NCBI GenBank assembly: GCA_964437495.1
Contig: CAYTGV010000009.1
Location: 6,983 to 70,982 of the forward strand
Length of the DNA stretch: 64,000 nt
Direction: 5' to 3'
Origin: an uncultured Planctomycetia bacterium
GTDB taxonomy: Bacteria; Omnitrophota; Gorgyraeia; B26-G9
The translations under genes were made by a program, and so were the position numbers. Under the pieces are notes generated by a model, which saw only the letters and a program-made list of their open reading frames with translations, was not told the DNA's origin and made no database searches. Positions 40,769-51,940 of this stretch are shown here, one piece after another. The number at the start of each line of letters is the position of its first letter. The first letter of the stretch is position 1.

Positions 40769-43429
40769 GTGAACAGCGATACAATCAGAAAAAATTTTTT
40801 AGATTTTTTTGCCAACTATGGTCATAAAATAGTTGAAAGCGACTCTATTGCACCTGCAAATGATAAATCAGTTTTGTTCACATCCGCTGGTATGAATCAG
40901 TTTAAAGAACAATTTATGGGGAATATCACTGATTTCAGAAGAGCCGCAAGTTCACAAAAGTGTATGCGAACTGCTGATCTGATAAATGTAGGGAAAAGCC
41001 CGACGCATCATACTTTTTTTGAAATGCTCGGTAATTTTTCTTTTGGAGATTATTTTAAAAAAGAGGCAATCCAGTGGGCATGGGAATTTATTACAGAGAT
41101 ATTATCTCTGCCTAAAGACAGACTGTGGGTTTCTGTGCATAAGGCTGATACAGAGGCTTATAATATCTGGATTGACATTATAAAAATTGCGCCAAAGCGA
41201 ATCGTTAAGCTTGGCGACATCGATAATTTCTGGCCGGCTGATGCGCCCAAACAGGGCCCGAATGGCCCTTGCGGCCCGTGTTCTGAAATATTTTATGACT
41301 GGGGTGAGGATGCCGGATGCAAAAGGCCTGGCTGCAACCCTGCCTGTGATTGCAAAAGATTCACAGAAATTTGGAATTTGGTTTTTACCCAATATGACCG
41401 CCAGTCAGACGGAACACTTAATGCGCTTCCCAGTAAGAATATAGATACGGGCATGGGGCTTGAACGTATTGTAAGTGTAATGCAAAATAAACGCAGCAAT
41501 TACGAGACAGATCTATTCATGCCTATATTGGAATCTCTTGAAAAAATATTAGCTAAAGAAAATATATCAGCTGATAATATGTGGTTAACTACTAAGGCAC
41601 GCGCAATCGCAGATCATATCAGAGCAGCATCATTTGCGATTGCTGATGGTATTGTACCGTCTAATGAAGCACGGGGTTATGTAATCAGAAAGCTTATTAG
41701 ACGCTCAATAATGTACCTGAAGCAAATCGGTGTAAATAGGCCGCTTTGCTTTGGCCTTGTTTACAGTATCGGTAAGGTCATGAAAAATGCCTACCCGGAA
41801 ATAATACGCAGACATGAAACAATTGCCGGCATTATAAAAAAAGAGGAAGAAATGTTCTGGACTATTCTTAGAGAAAGAGCTCAGGAGAATGAATCTAAAT
41901 TCAAGGAGCTATCTATGAATACAAGTGATAACATTACAACAGCGCAAATTGCTTTTAATCAGTACGATACCTATGGCGTACCGCTTGAGATAAGCAAAGA
42001 AAATGCACAAAAGTTCGGATTGGCTATAAACGACGAGGAATTTGAAAAGCTAATGGAAAAACAGAGAGAACGATCAAGAAGCTCAACTCAGATTTCCTCT
42101 AATATTTTTTCTAAAAGTATCGGCCATTTGTTAAAGAATATGCGCAGCGAATTTATCGGATATGATAATCTAGAGGCAAAAGCCAAGGTATTAGCTATTA
42201 TAAATAAAGATGTATTAGTTGAATCCGCCAATAAAGATGATCAGATAGACATTGCACTTGATATCACGCCTTTTTATGCTGAGGCTGGCGGTCAAATAGG
42301 TGACACAGGTCTTATTAAAACTGAATCTGGTGCATACATAAGCGTAGAGCAAACAATAAAGACAGACAATGCGATCCTACATAGATGCCGGATAGTTAAG
42401 GGAGAAATAAACAAAGGCGATGAAGTAATCGCACAGGTTACAACACAAGAGCGAAGATCCACAGCGAGAAATCACACGGCAACACATCTGCTGCAATATG
42501 CCCTGAGAAAGGTTTTGGGAACTGATGTTGAGCAATCCGGGTCTTTTGTTTCGAGCATTAAACTTCGCTTTGATTTCAACCATTTAAACCAGATAAATTC
42601 ACAGAGTTTAAATGAGATTGAGGATATTGTTAATGCCTGCATCCTGGACAATATTTCCGTCAAGACTAAGATAATGGGAATTAATGAGGCAAAAAATAGC
42701 GGCGCGCTGGCTTTCTTTGGTGAGAAATACTCTCAATCTGTGCGCGTTCTTTCAATTGGTGATAAGTCAAAAGAGCTTTGCGGAGGTACGCATGTCAGCG
42801 CCACAGGAGAAATAGGGTGCTTTAAGATAATCTCTGAGAGCTCTGTGGCCCAGGGTATCCGAAGAATAGAAGCTATTACCGGAATTGAGGCTTTAAGAGC
42901 TATGAAGGCCAATGAAAGATATTTATCAGATTTATGTCAGACATTTAAAGTCTCAAAAGAAAAGATAGTGAGTACGGCGCAAAAAACACTAAGTCAGATA
43001 AAGTCATTTGAAAAAGAAATCGCAAAATTAAAATCAGGCAATATTGCTGGGGAATCTGATACACTGATCAAGCAGGCACAAAGCGTGAACAATGTCTGCA
43101 TTGTAATAAAAGAGTTCAGGAATTATGACATGGTAGCCTTGCGTAAAATGAGCGACTTGTTACGATTAAAAAAGGATCCGATCATCTGTGTATTAGGAGC
43201 TGTGGGAGGAAACAAGCCATTACTGCTTGTTGGAATAAGTAAAACTCTTACACAAAGAGGATTGGATGCAGTTAGTATAATTAAGGAAATAACCGCAATC
43301 TGCGGAGGCGGTGGTGGAGGGAAAAAGGAACTTGCCCAGGCAGGGGCAAAGGATGATGCTCTCCTGCTAAAGGCAATAAAGGGAGCTGAAAAAATAATAA
43401 ACGATCATTTAAAGAACATTCAAATATGA
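40769..43429 (+). CDS. alaS: Alanine--tRNA ligase (GTG start)
   Basis: IRKNFLDFFANYGHKIVESDSI...FTSAGMNQFK...HHTFFEMLGNFSFGDYFK. Editing-domain HTATHLL. C-terminal DHHA1 GGGGGG. Confidence 0.95.
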   Translation: MNSDTIRKNFLDFFANYGHKIVESDSIAPANDKSVLFTSAGMNQFKEQFMGNITDFRRAASSQKCMRTADLINVGKSPTHHTFFEMLGNFSFGDYFKKEAIQWAWEFITEILSLPKDRLWVSVHKADTEAYNIWIDIIKIAPKRIVKLGDIDNFWPADAPKQGPNGPCGPCSEIFYDWGEDAGCKRPGCNPACDCKRFTEIWNLVFTQYDRQSDGTLNALPSKNIDTGMGLERIVSVMQNKRSNYETDLFMPILESLEKILAKENISADNMWLTTKARAIADHIRAASFAIADGIVPSNEARGYVIRKLIRRSIMYLKQIGVNRPLCFGLVYSIGKVMKNAYPEIIRRHETIAGIIKKEEEMFWTILRERAQENESKFKELSMNTSDNITTAQIAFNQYDTYGVPLEISKENAQKFGLAINDEEFEKLMEKQRERSRSSTQISSNIFSKSIGHLLKNMRSEFIGYDNLEAKAKVLAIINKDVLVESANKDDQIDIALDITPFYAEAGGQIGDTGLIKTESGAYISVEQTIKTDNAILHRCRIVKGEINKGDEVIAQVTTQERRSTARNHTATHLLQYALRKVLGTDVEQSGSFVSSIKLRFDFNHLNQINSQSLNEIEDIVNACILDNISVKTKIMGINEAKNSGALAFFGEKYSQSVRVLSIGDKSKELCGGTHVSATGEIGCFKIISESSVAQGIRRIEAITGIEALRAMKANERYLSDLCQTFKVSKEKIVSTAQKTLSQIKSFEKEIAKLKSGNIAGESDTLIKQAQSVNNVCIVIKEFRNYDMVALRKMSDLLRLKKDPIICVLGAVGGNKPLLLVGISKTLTQRGLDAVSIIKEITAICGGGGGGKKELAQAGAKDDALLLKAIKGAEKIINDHLKNIQI

Positions 43430-43441
43430 ACAATGAGGTAA

Positions 43442-44665
43442 ATGATGAAAGTCATAAAGTTTTCAGGCAAAACATTGGAGAAAGTCTACAGCAGACTTGC
43501 TAAGCGCAAAGTACGGGTAAAGAAAAAAGTTGAAAAGATTCTTCAAGATGTAAGAACCAAGGGAGATGAGGCGCTGATTTATTACTCTAAAAAACTTGAT
43601 AAGGCAACCTTAACACCTCGACAGTTAAAGGTCAGTGAATCAGAGACCAGCGAAGCTTATCAGAATATTGATGCGGCATTTATCTCCAGTCTAAAGCTGG
43701 CAATCAATAATGTTACCCGTTTTTATAAAAACCAAATAAAAAAATCCTGGAAAATCAAGGGGGAGGACGGCATTACCCTAGGGGAAATCATACGTCCTTT
43801 AGAAAAAGTCGGGGTATATGTACCAAGCGGAACCGCACCGCTGGTTTCCTCTGTTTATATGAGTGTTCTGCCGGCTAAGATCGCTGGAGTAGAGGAAATA
43901 TATTTAGCCACGCCGCCTAATGCTAACGGTGAAGTGAATCCATATATACTGGCTGTGGCTAATTTGCTTAAAGTCAAGGCGGTTTATAAACTGGGTGGAG
44001 CGCAGGCAATAGGGGCTATGGCCTTTGGCACAAAAACCGTACCAAAAGTAGATAAGATCGTAGGTCCGGGAAATGATTATGTTACCGAGGCAAAAAGACA
44101 GGTATTCGGATATTGTGCTATTGATATGCTTGCCGGTCCCAGCGAGGTAGTTATCATTGCTAATAATTTTGCAAATCCCGCACATGTAATAGCTGATTTG
44201 CATGCTCAAGCTGAACATAAAAACGGAATTGCGATTTTGATAACTACATCAAAAAAACTTGCGTTTATAGTGAGAAAGGAAGTTGCCAACGGTTTTGTCA
44301 TAATGGTCAAAAACCTCGAGGAAGCGATAAGCGTTTCTAACCGAATTGCTCCGGAACATCTAGAAATAATGGTAAAACAGCCGGAAAAAATACTTAAAAA
44401 AATAAAGAATGCGGGAGCTGTATTTGTCGGGGCATATTCACCTGTGGTCCTAGGAGATTATATTTCAGGTCCAAGCCATGTATTGCCGACATCAGGCACA
44501 GCCAGATTTTTCTCTGGGCTTGGAACATCTGATTTCATGAAAAGTACCCATGTGATTAGCTACACAAAAAAAGCGCTTGAAAAAGTAGCTCCGGCAGTTG
44601 AGAAAATAGCTTCACTTGAGGGGATGAAAAAACATATGCAGTCTTTAAAATCAAGATTGGAATAG
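43442..44665 (+). CDS. hisD: Histidinol dehydrogenase
   Basis: 407 aa. GVYVPSGTAPL...GPSEVV...HAQAEH zinc/NAD motifs. Confidence 0.9.
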   Translation: MMKVIKFSGKTLEKVYSRLAKRKVRVKKKVEKILQDVRTKGDEALIYYSKKLDKATLTPRQLKVSESETSEAYQNIDAAFISSLKLAINNVTRFYKNQIKKSWKIKGEDGITLGEIIRPLEKVGVYVPSGTAPLVSSVYMSVLPAKIAGVEEIYLATPPNANGEVNPYILAVANLLKVKAVYKLGGAQAIGAMAFGTKTVPKVDKIVGPGNDYVTEAKRQVFGYCAIDMLAGPSEVVIIANNFANPAHVIADLHAQAEHKNGIAILITTSKKLAFIVRKEVANGFVIMVKNLEEAISVSNRIAPEHLEIMVKQPEKILKKIKNAGAVFVGAYSPVVLGDYISGPSHVLPTSGTARFFSGLGTSDFMKSTHVISYTKKALEKVAPAVEKIASLEGMKKHMQSLKSRLE

Positions 44666-44676
44666 GAGAGCTTATT

Positions 44677-45303
44677 ATGGCAAATCAAAGATCAAGCCTT
44701 ATTAAAAGAAAAACCAATGAAGTTGATATCAATGGCAATCTAAACATTGATGGAATAGGAAAAACTGACATAAAAACCGGTTTTGAGCCGCTGAACCATC
44801 TTTTAACCCTATTTTCTTTCCATGGATTTTTTGATCTTGAAATAAACGCTCAGGGGGATCTCCCACATCATATTATTGAGGATCTCGGAATTGCCATTGG
44901 CAAGGCCCTTAAACAGGCTTTAGGAGAAAAAGAAGGCATAAAGCGATACGGTTGTTTTACGGTTGCCATGGATAAGGTGGCAGTTGAAGCTGTAATTGAT
45001 ATTAGCGGCAGGCCGTCTCTGCAGGGGGTAAATATTGAATCTACAGGTTCCAAAATAGCCAATAAGCTAAATAATGATACCTTTGACAATACGAAGTTTA
45101 CTTTTAAGCACGCAGAGGAATTTCTGGAATCATTTTTACAGCATGCCGGTATCAGCCTGGTATATATAATTAAATCAGGCGAGGGAGACCTGCACCATAT
45201 ATTAGAGGCACTTTTTAAAGCCATGGGCAAGGCCCTTGATCAGGCAACATCTATAGATATTCGGCGCAAAGGCATACCATCGACTAAAGGAATAATTGAT
45301 TAA
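44677..45303 (+). CDS. hisB: Imidazoleglycerol-phosphate dehydratase
   Basis: DINGNLNIDGIGKTDIKTGF...HHIIEDLGIALG motifs. Confidence 0.9.
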   Translation: MANQRSSLIKRKTNEVDINGNLNIDGIGKTDIKTGFEPLNHLLTLFSFHGFFDLEINAQGDLPHHIIEDLGIAIGKALKQALGEKEGIKRYGCFTVAMDKVAVEAVIDISGRPSLQGVNIESTGSKIANKLNNDTFDNTKFTFKHAEEFLESFLQHAGISLVYIIKSGEGDLHHILEALFKAMGKALDQATSIDIRRKGIPSTKGIID

Positions 45304-46039
45304 TAATATGTTAACAGTCAACCCGGCAATAGATCTGAGAAACGGTAATGTAGTTCGATTATATAAAGGACTTTATAATCAAGAGACAATTTATTCTGAT
45401 GATCCTCTTAAGATTGCTGAAAAATGGATGGATGCCGGGGCGCAAACCCTTCATATTATTGATTTGGATGGAGCGCGGACTGGCAAATTAGTAAATCTTA
45501 ACATAGTAAAGAAAATTATAAATGCCTGCGACTTAAAGATTCAGCTTGGCGGAGGTATCCGCTCTAAAGAAGCAATCGAAGAAGCGATTAATGCCGGTGT
45601 TCACAGAGTTATTATGAGCACGCGGATATTTCAGGATAACAATTTTCTGGCAAGTCTAAGCCATGAATTAAAAAAACGGATCATTGTAAGCATTGACTGC
45701 AAAGACGGGATAGTAATGGACAAGGGCTGGAGTAGGCAAACAAGCCTAAGCGTCCTGCAGGCAATTAAAATAGTGGAGGACTCGGGTATCAAGACATGCG
45801 TTGTAACAGATGTAGCTCAGGACGGAACCTTAAAAGGCCCTAATGTAGAATTGATTAAAAATATCCTCAGCTCAACCAAGATGGATATAATAGCTGCGGG
45901 GGGAATGTCAACAATAGATGATGTTAAAACGATGACCGCGATTGGAAATAAATATGTTAATTTAAACGGAGTAATTATCGGGAAAGCCCTATATGAGGGA
46001 AAAATAGATCTAAAGGAGGCAATTAATTGTGCAAGTTAA
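45296..46039 (+). CDS. hisA: ProFAR isomerase HisA (start possibly 45308)
   Basis: [14 protein letters not shown]...LHIIDLDGA...GGGIRS. The IPAIDL-type N-terminus distinguishes it from HisF. Confidence 0.8.
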   Translation: MINNMLTVNPAIDLRNGNVVRLYKGLYNQETIYSDDPLKIAEKWMDAGAQTLHIIDLDGARTGKLVNLNIVKKIINACDLKIQLGGGIRSKEAIEEAINAGVHRVIMSTRIFQDNNFLASLSHELKKRIIVSIDCKDGIVMDKGWSRQTSLSVLQAIKIVEDSGIKTCVVTDVAQDGTLKGPNVELIKNILSSTKMDIIAAGGMSTIDDVKTMTAIGNKYVNLNGVIIGKALYEGKIDLKEAINCAS

Positions 46040-46394
46040 AAGACCTAAATTAAAATCTTTAAAATTAAAAAATTTAAAATCAATTAATGATTTAAAATTC
46101 GATGATAAAGGACTAATACCAGCCATTGTCCAAGATGTGAAGAATAAGGAAATTTTAATGGTAGCTTATATGAATGCGGTATCATTAAAAAAAACTCTCT
46201 CAACCGGACTAGCTACATATTGGTCACGCTCGAGAAAATGCCTTTGGCTAAAAGGTGATACTTCCGGACATTTTCAAATAGTAAAGAAAATTCACTTCGA
46301 TTGCGATAAGGACACTCTACTTCTTGAGGTCAGGCAAATCGGAGTCGCCTGTCATACCGGGGCACGATCTTGTTTTTACACTCGGATGATATAG
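46029..46394 (+). CDS. hisI: Phosphoribosyl-AMP cyclohydrolase (HisI only, GTG start)
   Basis: LIPAIVQD...YWSRSR..LW.KG.TSGH...D.D.DTLLL.V...G.ACHTG..SCFY. Confidence 0.85.
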   Translation: MQVKRPKLKSLKLKNLKSINDLKFDDKGLIPAIVQDVKNKEILMVAYMNAVSLKKTLSTGLATYWSRSRKCLWLKGDTSGHFQIVKKIHFDCDKDTLLLEVRQIGVACHTGARSCFYTRMI

Positions 46395-46557
46395 ACATAT
46401 ATAAAAGCGCTGTTGCAAAATATGCAGAAATACCACCCCTCGGGGCACAGACAAGACATTCGAGGCAAACGCGCAGGCGTACAATTCAAGTGAGCAACCG
46501 AATAACAACAAAATGTGCGTTTTTTAGCAGTGATTTAAAAGAAAAAGGTATACAGCT

Positions 46558-48066
46558 ATGTATAAACCAAGTAGAGCAGAGTTCAAAAAATTAAGCAAAA
46601 AAGGCAATTTAATCCCTGTTTACAGAGAACTGCTCGCGGATCTGGAAACACCTGTATCCGCATTTATGAAAATTGATAACAGCCCATATTCCTATCTGCT
46701 TGAATCTGTCGAAGGAGGAGAAAAGATAGCGCGCTATTCTTTTCTCGGTTCTAATCCCTCTTTAATATTTCAAAGCAAGGCAGACCGAATTGAAATTTTG
46801 CAAAAAAACGGCTCAAGATTCAAAAAAAAATCTTATGAGATAAAAACTGATCCCCTGGAAGAAATAAAAAAAATAATAAACGCGTATGAATTTGTCAGCG
46901 TAGATGGCCTGCCGCGTTTTTGCGGCGGCCTTGTGGGTTATATGAGTTATGATTCAATAAGATTTTTTGAAGATATCCCCGATAAAAACCCTGATGACTT
47001 AAAGCTTAATGATTGTATTTTCGTTCTAACAGATACAATACTGATATTTGACCATATTGCGCACAAAATCAAGGTTGTTTCCAATGTCCATCTTGACTCA
47101 AAGCATGGCAGGCTTACATCCGCTGCCCTTGATAAAATCTATAACGTGGCTCTTAAAAAAATAGATTCTCTTGTTGAAATGATGCAAAAACCGCTTAAGT
47201 TAGCTAAAAGGGCAGGGAAATCCAAGCCCTTTAAAGTCACCTCAAATATAAGTAAAGCAGCTTTTAAAAAGTCAGTCACCCGTGCAAAGGAATATATAAA
47301 AGCAGGGGATATAATCCAAACCGTGCTTTCGCAGCGATTTAAGACAGATATTCATGTCGAGGAATTTGATATTTATCGAGCCCTGCGCATGGTAAACCCA
47401 TCGCCGTACATGTATTATTTAAAATTTGGAGATACAAAGCTTATAGGATCATCTCCGGAAGTAATGTTGCGATGTGAAAAAAATATTGCTGAAGTCAGAC
47501 CGATAGCAGGCACGCGTATAAGAGGCAGGGATGAAAAAGCCGATATGGCATTAGCTAAGGATTTGCTTACTGATCCAAAAGAGCGGGCTGAACATATAAT
47601 GCTGCTTGATTTGGGCCGTAATGATCTGGGGAGAGTATGCGACTATGGAAGTGTCAAAGTAAGTGAACTGATGAAAATTGAAAAATACTCCCATGTAATG
47701 CATATTGTCAGTGATATTCAGGGTAAGATCAAGCTTGGAATAGAAAATCTAGATGTGCTCAAAGCCACTTTTCCTGCGGGCACGGTTTCGGGCGCGCCTA
47801 AGATAAGGGCCATGGAAATCATTGATGAACTAGAAACTGTGCGCAGAGGACCCTATGCAGGTTGTGTTGGATACCTTAGTTTTTCCGGAAACCTTGATTC
47901 TTGTATTACGATACGAACTATTATTGTAAAAGGAAAAACCGCTTATGTTCAGGCAGGCGCAGGAATTGTCGCTGACTCAAAACCGGAAAAAGAGTATCAG
48001 GAGACTGTAAATAAGGCCATGGCTCTTTTAAAAGCCATAGAGCTCTCACAAAAGGGGATGTTATGA
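46558..48066 (+). CDS. trpE: Anthranilate synthase component I
   Basis: 502 aa. LLESVEGGE...GAGIVADS chorismate-binding C-terminus. Confidence 0.9.
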   Translation: MYKPSRAEFKKLSKKGNLIPVYRELLADLETPVSAFMKIDNSPYSYLLESVEGGEKIARYSFLGSNPSLIFQSKADRIEILQKNGSRFKKKSYEIKTDPLEEIKKIINAYEFVSVDGLPRFCGGLVGYMSYDSIRFFEDIPDKNPDDLKLNDCIFVLTDTILIFDHIAHKIKVVSNVHLDSKHGRLTSAALDKIYNVALKKIDSLVEMMQKPLKLAKRAGKSKPFKVTSNISKAAFKKSVTRAKEYIKAGDIIQTVLSQRFKTDIHVEEFDIYRALRMVNPSPYMYYLKFGDTKLIGSSPEVMLRCEKNIAEVRPIAGTRIRGRDEKADMALAKDLLTDPKERAEHIMLLDLGRNDLGRVCDYGSVKVSELMKIEKYSHVMHIVSDIQGKIKLGIENLDVLKATFPAGTVSGAPKIRAMEIIDELETVRRGPYAGCVGYLSFSGNLDSCITIRTIIVKGKTAYVQAGAGIVADSKPEKEYQETVNKAMALLKAIELSQKGML

Positions 48067-48638
48067 TTCTGGTTATTGATAATTACGATTCTTTTACCTA
48101 TAATCTGGTTCAGTATTTTGGGGAATTAAATCAGAAAGTTGAGGTTATCAGAAACGATAAAATCAGTATTGCTCAAATTAAAAAATTAAGACCAAGGCAG
48201 ATCGTGATTTCACCCGGACCATGTACACCTAAGAAAGCCGGGATCTCGGTAGAAGTAATTTTAAATTTTTATAAAAAACTACCGCTGCTTGGAGTTTGTC
48301 TAGGACATCAATGCCTGGGCTATGCATTTGGGGCGAATATTGTACAGGCAAAAACATTAATGCACGGCAAAACATCAAAAATATTCCATGACCGTCAAAA
48401 AATTTTTAAAGGTATTCCCAACCCATTTGTGGCTACACGATATCACTCTCTTTCCATTGAAGAGCGCAGTCTACCAAAAACATTTAAGATAACCGCAAGA
48501 GCTGATGACGGAGAAATAATGGCTATAGAGCATTTACATCTGCCTGTTTTTGGTGTACAGTTCCATCCGGAATCAATACTCACTAAAGAGGGAAAAAATA
48601 TATTGGAAAATTTTTTAAAACAAAGGCGAAAAAAATGA
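48063..48638 (+). CDS. trpG: Anthranilate synthase component II (class I glutamine amidotransferase)
   Basis: MILVIDNYDSFTYNLVQYF...GVCLGHQ...FHPES triad. Confidence 0.85.
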   Translation: MILVIDNYDSFTYNLVQYFGELNQKVEVIRNDKISIAQIKKLRPRQIVISPGPCTPKKAGISVEVILNFYKKLPLLGVCLGHQCLGYAFGANIVQAKTLMHGKTSKIFHDRQKIFKGIPNPFVATRYHSLSIEERSLPKTFKITARADDGEIMAIEHLHLPVFGVQFHPESILTKEGKNILENFLKQRRKK

Positions 48639-49654
48639 TTTCTGAATCTATGAAAAAAATAATCCTGTCTCAGAACTTAAGCCGCCAGGAAACAGAGGAC
48701 GCATTTAGCCAGATTATGCAAGGCAATACTACTGATGCCCAGATTGCTGCATTTTTAACAGCCCTGATGATAAAAGGCGAAACCGTTGATGAAATTACCG
48801 GAGCCGCAACGATTATGCGTAAATTGGCTACTGCGATACATGTAAAGAATAAGGTCATTTTGGATACCTGCGGCACAGGAGGATCTCAGAAACACGGATT
48901 TAATGTCTCTACATTAACCGCATTAGTCGTTAGCGCCGTAGGAGTCACAGTGGCTAAACATGGAAACCGCAGCATGACCAGTAAATCGGGAAGCGCAGAT
49001 CTGCTTGAGGCTTTAGGCGTTAATATAAATGTTGAACCCCGGATTACAGAAAAGTGCATTAATGAAATCGGCATTGGATTTATGTTTGCCCCGCTTTTTC
49101 ATAAGGCCATGAAATATGCTATCGGAGTGCGCAGGGAATTAGGCTTTAGAACGATTTTTAACATTCTCGGGCCTTTAACCAACCCAGCGCACACAACACA
49201 TCAATTATTGGGTGTTTTTAATCCTGCTCTGTGTAAACCCATGTCAATGGTGCTGGGAAATCTTGGTCTAAAGCGGGCACTTGTTGTCCATGGAAACGAC
49301 GGACTTGATGAAGTTACCTTATCAGATTCAACGATTGTTTATGAAATGAACAATGGGAAAACAGATAATTACACTATAACACCTGAGCAATTTGGATTAA
49401 AAAGAGTACAGCTTGAAGACATTCAGATCAGCGGCCTTGAAGAAAGCAAAAAAGTTTCCCTTGAAATACTTAATGGTATTAGCAGCCCCAAATATGATTT
49501 TGTTGTACTTAATTCAGCCTTTGCTTTGTATGCCGCAGAATATGTTTCTTCGATCAATGCCGGCATTGAAATTGCTATTGAAATGCTTAAAAAAAAGAAA
49601 GCATTAGACAAACTTGAACTTTTAAAGAAAATGACAAATGCAGACAATACTTAA
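48635..49654 (+). CDS. trpD: Anthranilate phosphoribosyltransferase
   Basis: LDTCGTGGSQKHGFNVST...KHGNRSMTSKSGSADLLEALG. Confidence 0.9.
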   Translation: MISESMKKIILSQNLSRQETEDAFSQIMQGNTTDAQIAAFLTALMIKGETVDEITGAATIMRKLATAIHVKNKVILDTCGTGGSQKHGFNVSTLTALVVSAVGVTVAKHGNRSMTSKSGSADLLEALGVNINVEPRITEKCINEIGIGFMFAPLFHKAMKYAIGVRRELGFRTIFNILGPLTNPAHTTHQLLGVFNPALCKPMSMVLGNLGLKRALVVHGNDGLDEVTLSDSTIVYEMNNGKTDNYTITPEQFGLKRVQLEDIQISGLEESKKVSLEILNGISSPKYDFVVLNSAFALYAAEYVSSINAGIEIAIEMLKKKKALDKLELLKKMTNADNT

Positions 49655-50429
49655 AAAAATAATAGAGGTAAAAAAAATTGAAATACGCAAAGCAAAGAGC
49701 ATTCTTTCTCTTAAAGATCTAAAGCAAAAGGTAAACAACCAAAAAATCGTCACCAGAGATTTTAAAAGCGCGTTAACAAAAAAGGGACAGATCACATGCA
49801 TTGGTGAGCTTAAGATAGCCTCGCCTTCAAAAGGTTTTTTAAATAAGAATTTAAACCTGGCTAAAACAGCAAAGATTTATGAAAAAGAAGGTATCAACGC
49901 AATATCAGTATTAACAGACATGCATTTTAAGGGCAAGCTATCTGATTTGAGACTTGTAAAGGACCAAGTAAATATTCCTATCTTGCGCAAGGATTTCATA
50001 ATTGAAGATTATCAGGTATATGAGTCTTTATTTCATGGAGCTGATGCTATTTTACTGATTGGCGCTGTTTTAAGCAAGAAACTACTTGGTGAGCTGCTGG
50101 GGCTAACACATCAATTAAAGATGAATGCAATTATTGAAGTTCATACTCCGGATGATCTTGAGAAAATTGATTTCTCCGCAGCACGGATCATAGGTATAAA
50201 TAACAGGAATCTAAAAGATTTTTCTGTAGACCTTAAAAGGACAAAGCAGCTATGTTTAAGTATTCCGGCAAGGATAAGAACGATCAGTGAAAGCGGGATC
50301 AATTGCAGAGCGGACATGCTCTATTTAAAAAAGCTAAAAATTAACTCTGTACTTATTGGGGAAGGAATTGTTCGGGCAAAAAACATTCCTTTAAAAATCA
50401 GAGAATTATTAGGTAAAAAAATATGCTGA
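49638..50429 (+). CDS. trpC: Indole-3-glycerol-phosphate synthase
   Basis: IGELKIASPSKG...ILRKDFIIEDYQV...EVHT. Confidence 0.85.
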   Translation: MQTILKKIIEVKKIEIRKAKSILSLKDLKQKVNNQKIVTRDFKSALTKKGQITCIGELKIASPSKGFLNKNLNLAKTAKIYEKEGINAISVLTDMHFKGKLSDLRLVKDQVNIPILRKDFIIEDYQVYESLFHGADAILLIGAVLSKKLLGELLGLTHQLKMNAIIEVHTPDDLEKIDFSAARIIGINNRNLKDFSVDLKRTKQLCLSIPARIRTISESGINCRADMLYLKKLKINSVLIGEGIVRAKNIPLKIRELLGKKIC

Positions 50430-51049
50430 AAATTAAAATCTGCGGCATTACCAACGCTGAAGATGCTCAAAGAGCCTGTGAATACGGTGCGGATGCCCTA
50501 GGATTTGTTTTTGCCAAGAGTCCGCGCATGATTAACCCGGAAAATGCGAGCAGAATAACCAGGCAAATTCCGCCTTTCATAGCCAAAGTCGGGGTTTTTG
50601 TCGATGCGGATAAAGCATTTGTGATCAAAGCTATAAAAAAATGCAAACTTGATACCTTGCAGTTTCACGGGCATGAATCTGATAAGTATTGTTCTTTTTT
50701 TCGAAAATATTGTAAAATAATAAAGGCGTTTAGAATAAAGGAGTCATCTGACATGGAATCAATTGAAAAATATATCCATGTGAACGCTTATTTATTTGAT
50801 TCCTATTCAAGGGATATATACGGCGGGACAGGGATTGCTTTTGCGCATGGTCTATTGAAGAACAGGAATTTTAAAAGACCGATAATAATCGCCGGAGGAA
50901 TCAATGAAAAAAATTGCGGTCAAATAGCAGCTTTGCTGCGTCCGTTTGCGTTTGATGTTTCAAGCTCTATAGAGTCAAATCCAGGCAAGAAAGATTTAGG
51001 GAAAATGAAAAATATAATTAAAAAAGTAAAATTGATTAAAAATTCTTAA
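50423..51049 (+). CDS. trpF: Phosphoribosylanthranilate isomerase
   Basis: LKIKICGITNAEDAQRACEYGADALGFVF. Confidence 0.8.
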   Translation: MLKIKICGITNAEDAQRACEYGADALGFVFAKSPRMINPENASRITRQIPPFIAKVGVFVDADKAFVIKAIKKCKLDTLQFHGHESDKYCSFFRKYCKIIKAFRIKESSDMESIEKYIHVNAYLFDSYSRDIYGGTGIAFAHGLLKNRNFKRPIIIAGGINEKNCGQIAALLRPFAFDVSSSIESNPGKKDLGKMKNIIKKVKLIKNS

Positions 51050-51067
51050 TAACTAAAAAGGGAAATC

Positions 51068-51940
51068 ATGAAAAAAAGAAACAAAAAAAGGAATCAGATA
51101 AGTATCTCAGAAAAAGATATCAAGAATAAGCTTTATGGTGCGTCTCCAGAATCGGTACAAAAAGAGACCGTTCAAGAATCTATGATCACAGAAAAAGATA
51201 TAATAAAGAAGCTTTATCCGGCTAAGATAAGTTCTGATATAAAACCAGCCGCTAAATCTAAGGCCAGCCTTGAACCTAAAGAAAAAACAGCTGATTTATT
51301 CGAACATATAAAACCTATGCAGCCGGGAATTCATGAAGAAATAGAAATCCTGAGGAAATCAATCCAGAGCCTGGAAGATAAACTAAAGGCCTCAATTGAT
51401 CAAAAAGAACGCCTGAAAGTAAAATTAGTGCAAAAAAGAAAGTTAATAAATATTAGAGAAAGGCTGGCCGATCTAATCCTAAACCGTATGCCTGAAAAGT
51501 TCATTATACTCTTGATCGTTTTTCTGATCTTAGGCATATTCATAGTAATGAAAGGCTTAAAACCTGAGTCAGGTAAAAAGGTTAAACAAGTGAGTATTGT
51601 TGAACAAGTTATCGAACCTGAGGTTGAAAACGCTACTGTTGAGATAGAGAAAAAAAGCATCCCAGTCATTCAACCTGCCACCACAGTAAACAAGCGATAT
51701 ACTATTCAGGCTGCGGAATATGCTGATGAACAGGCAGCGCAGCGTTTTATAGACACTTTAAAAACGCAGGGCTATATTGTGAACATAGATACTATTTACC
51801 GGGATAAGAATAAAACTAAGGCATATTTTAAGATCAATGTCGGAGCATATGAAACTTTAAATGAAGCAAAGAAATTTAATAAAATATTCAGAAAAAAAAC
51901 CAATATCAATGATTCCTTCATTAAGGAGCTAAAACAATAA
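51068..51940 (+). CDS. SPOR-domain membrane protein (single TM, C-terminal peptidoglycan-binding SPOR domain) inserted in the trp operon
   Basis: TM helix [17 protein letters not shown]-terminal [18 protein letters not shown]...[22 protein letters not shown]-like. Confidence 0.55.
   Translation: MKKRNKKRNQISISEKDIKNKLYGASPESVQKETVQESMITEKDIIKKLYPAKISSDIKPAAKSKASLEPKEKTADLFEHIKPMQPGIHEEIEILRKSIQSLEDKLKASIDQKERLKVKLVQKRKLINIRERLADLILNRMPEKFIILLIVFLILGIFIVMKGLKPESGKKVKQVSIVEQVIEPEVENATVEIEKKSIPVIQPATTVNKRYTIQAAEYADEQAAQRFIDTLKTQGYIVNIDTIYRDKNKTKAYFKINVGAYETLNEAKKFNKIFRKKTNINDSFIKELKQ

Noticed and set aside
46370-46594. 74-aa ORF spanning the hisI-trpE spacer; also a possible trp leader/attenuator
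   Set aside because: No RBS. It overlaps the trpE start. The translation contains no Trp codons, so it is not a Trp leader peptide. No convincing terminator/antiterminator pair found by eye.
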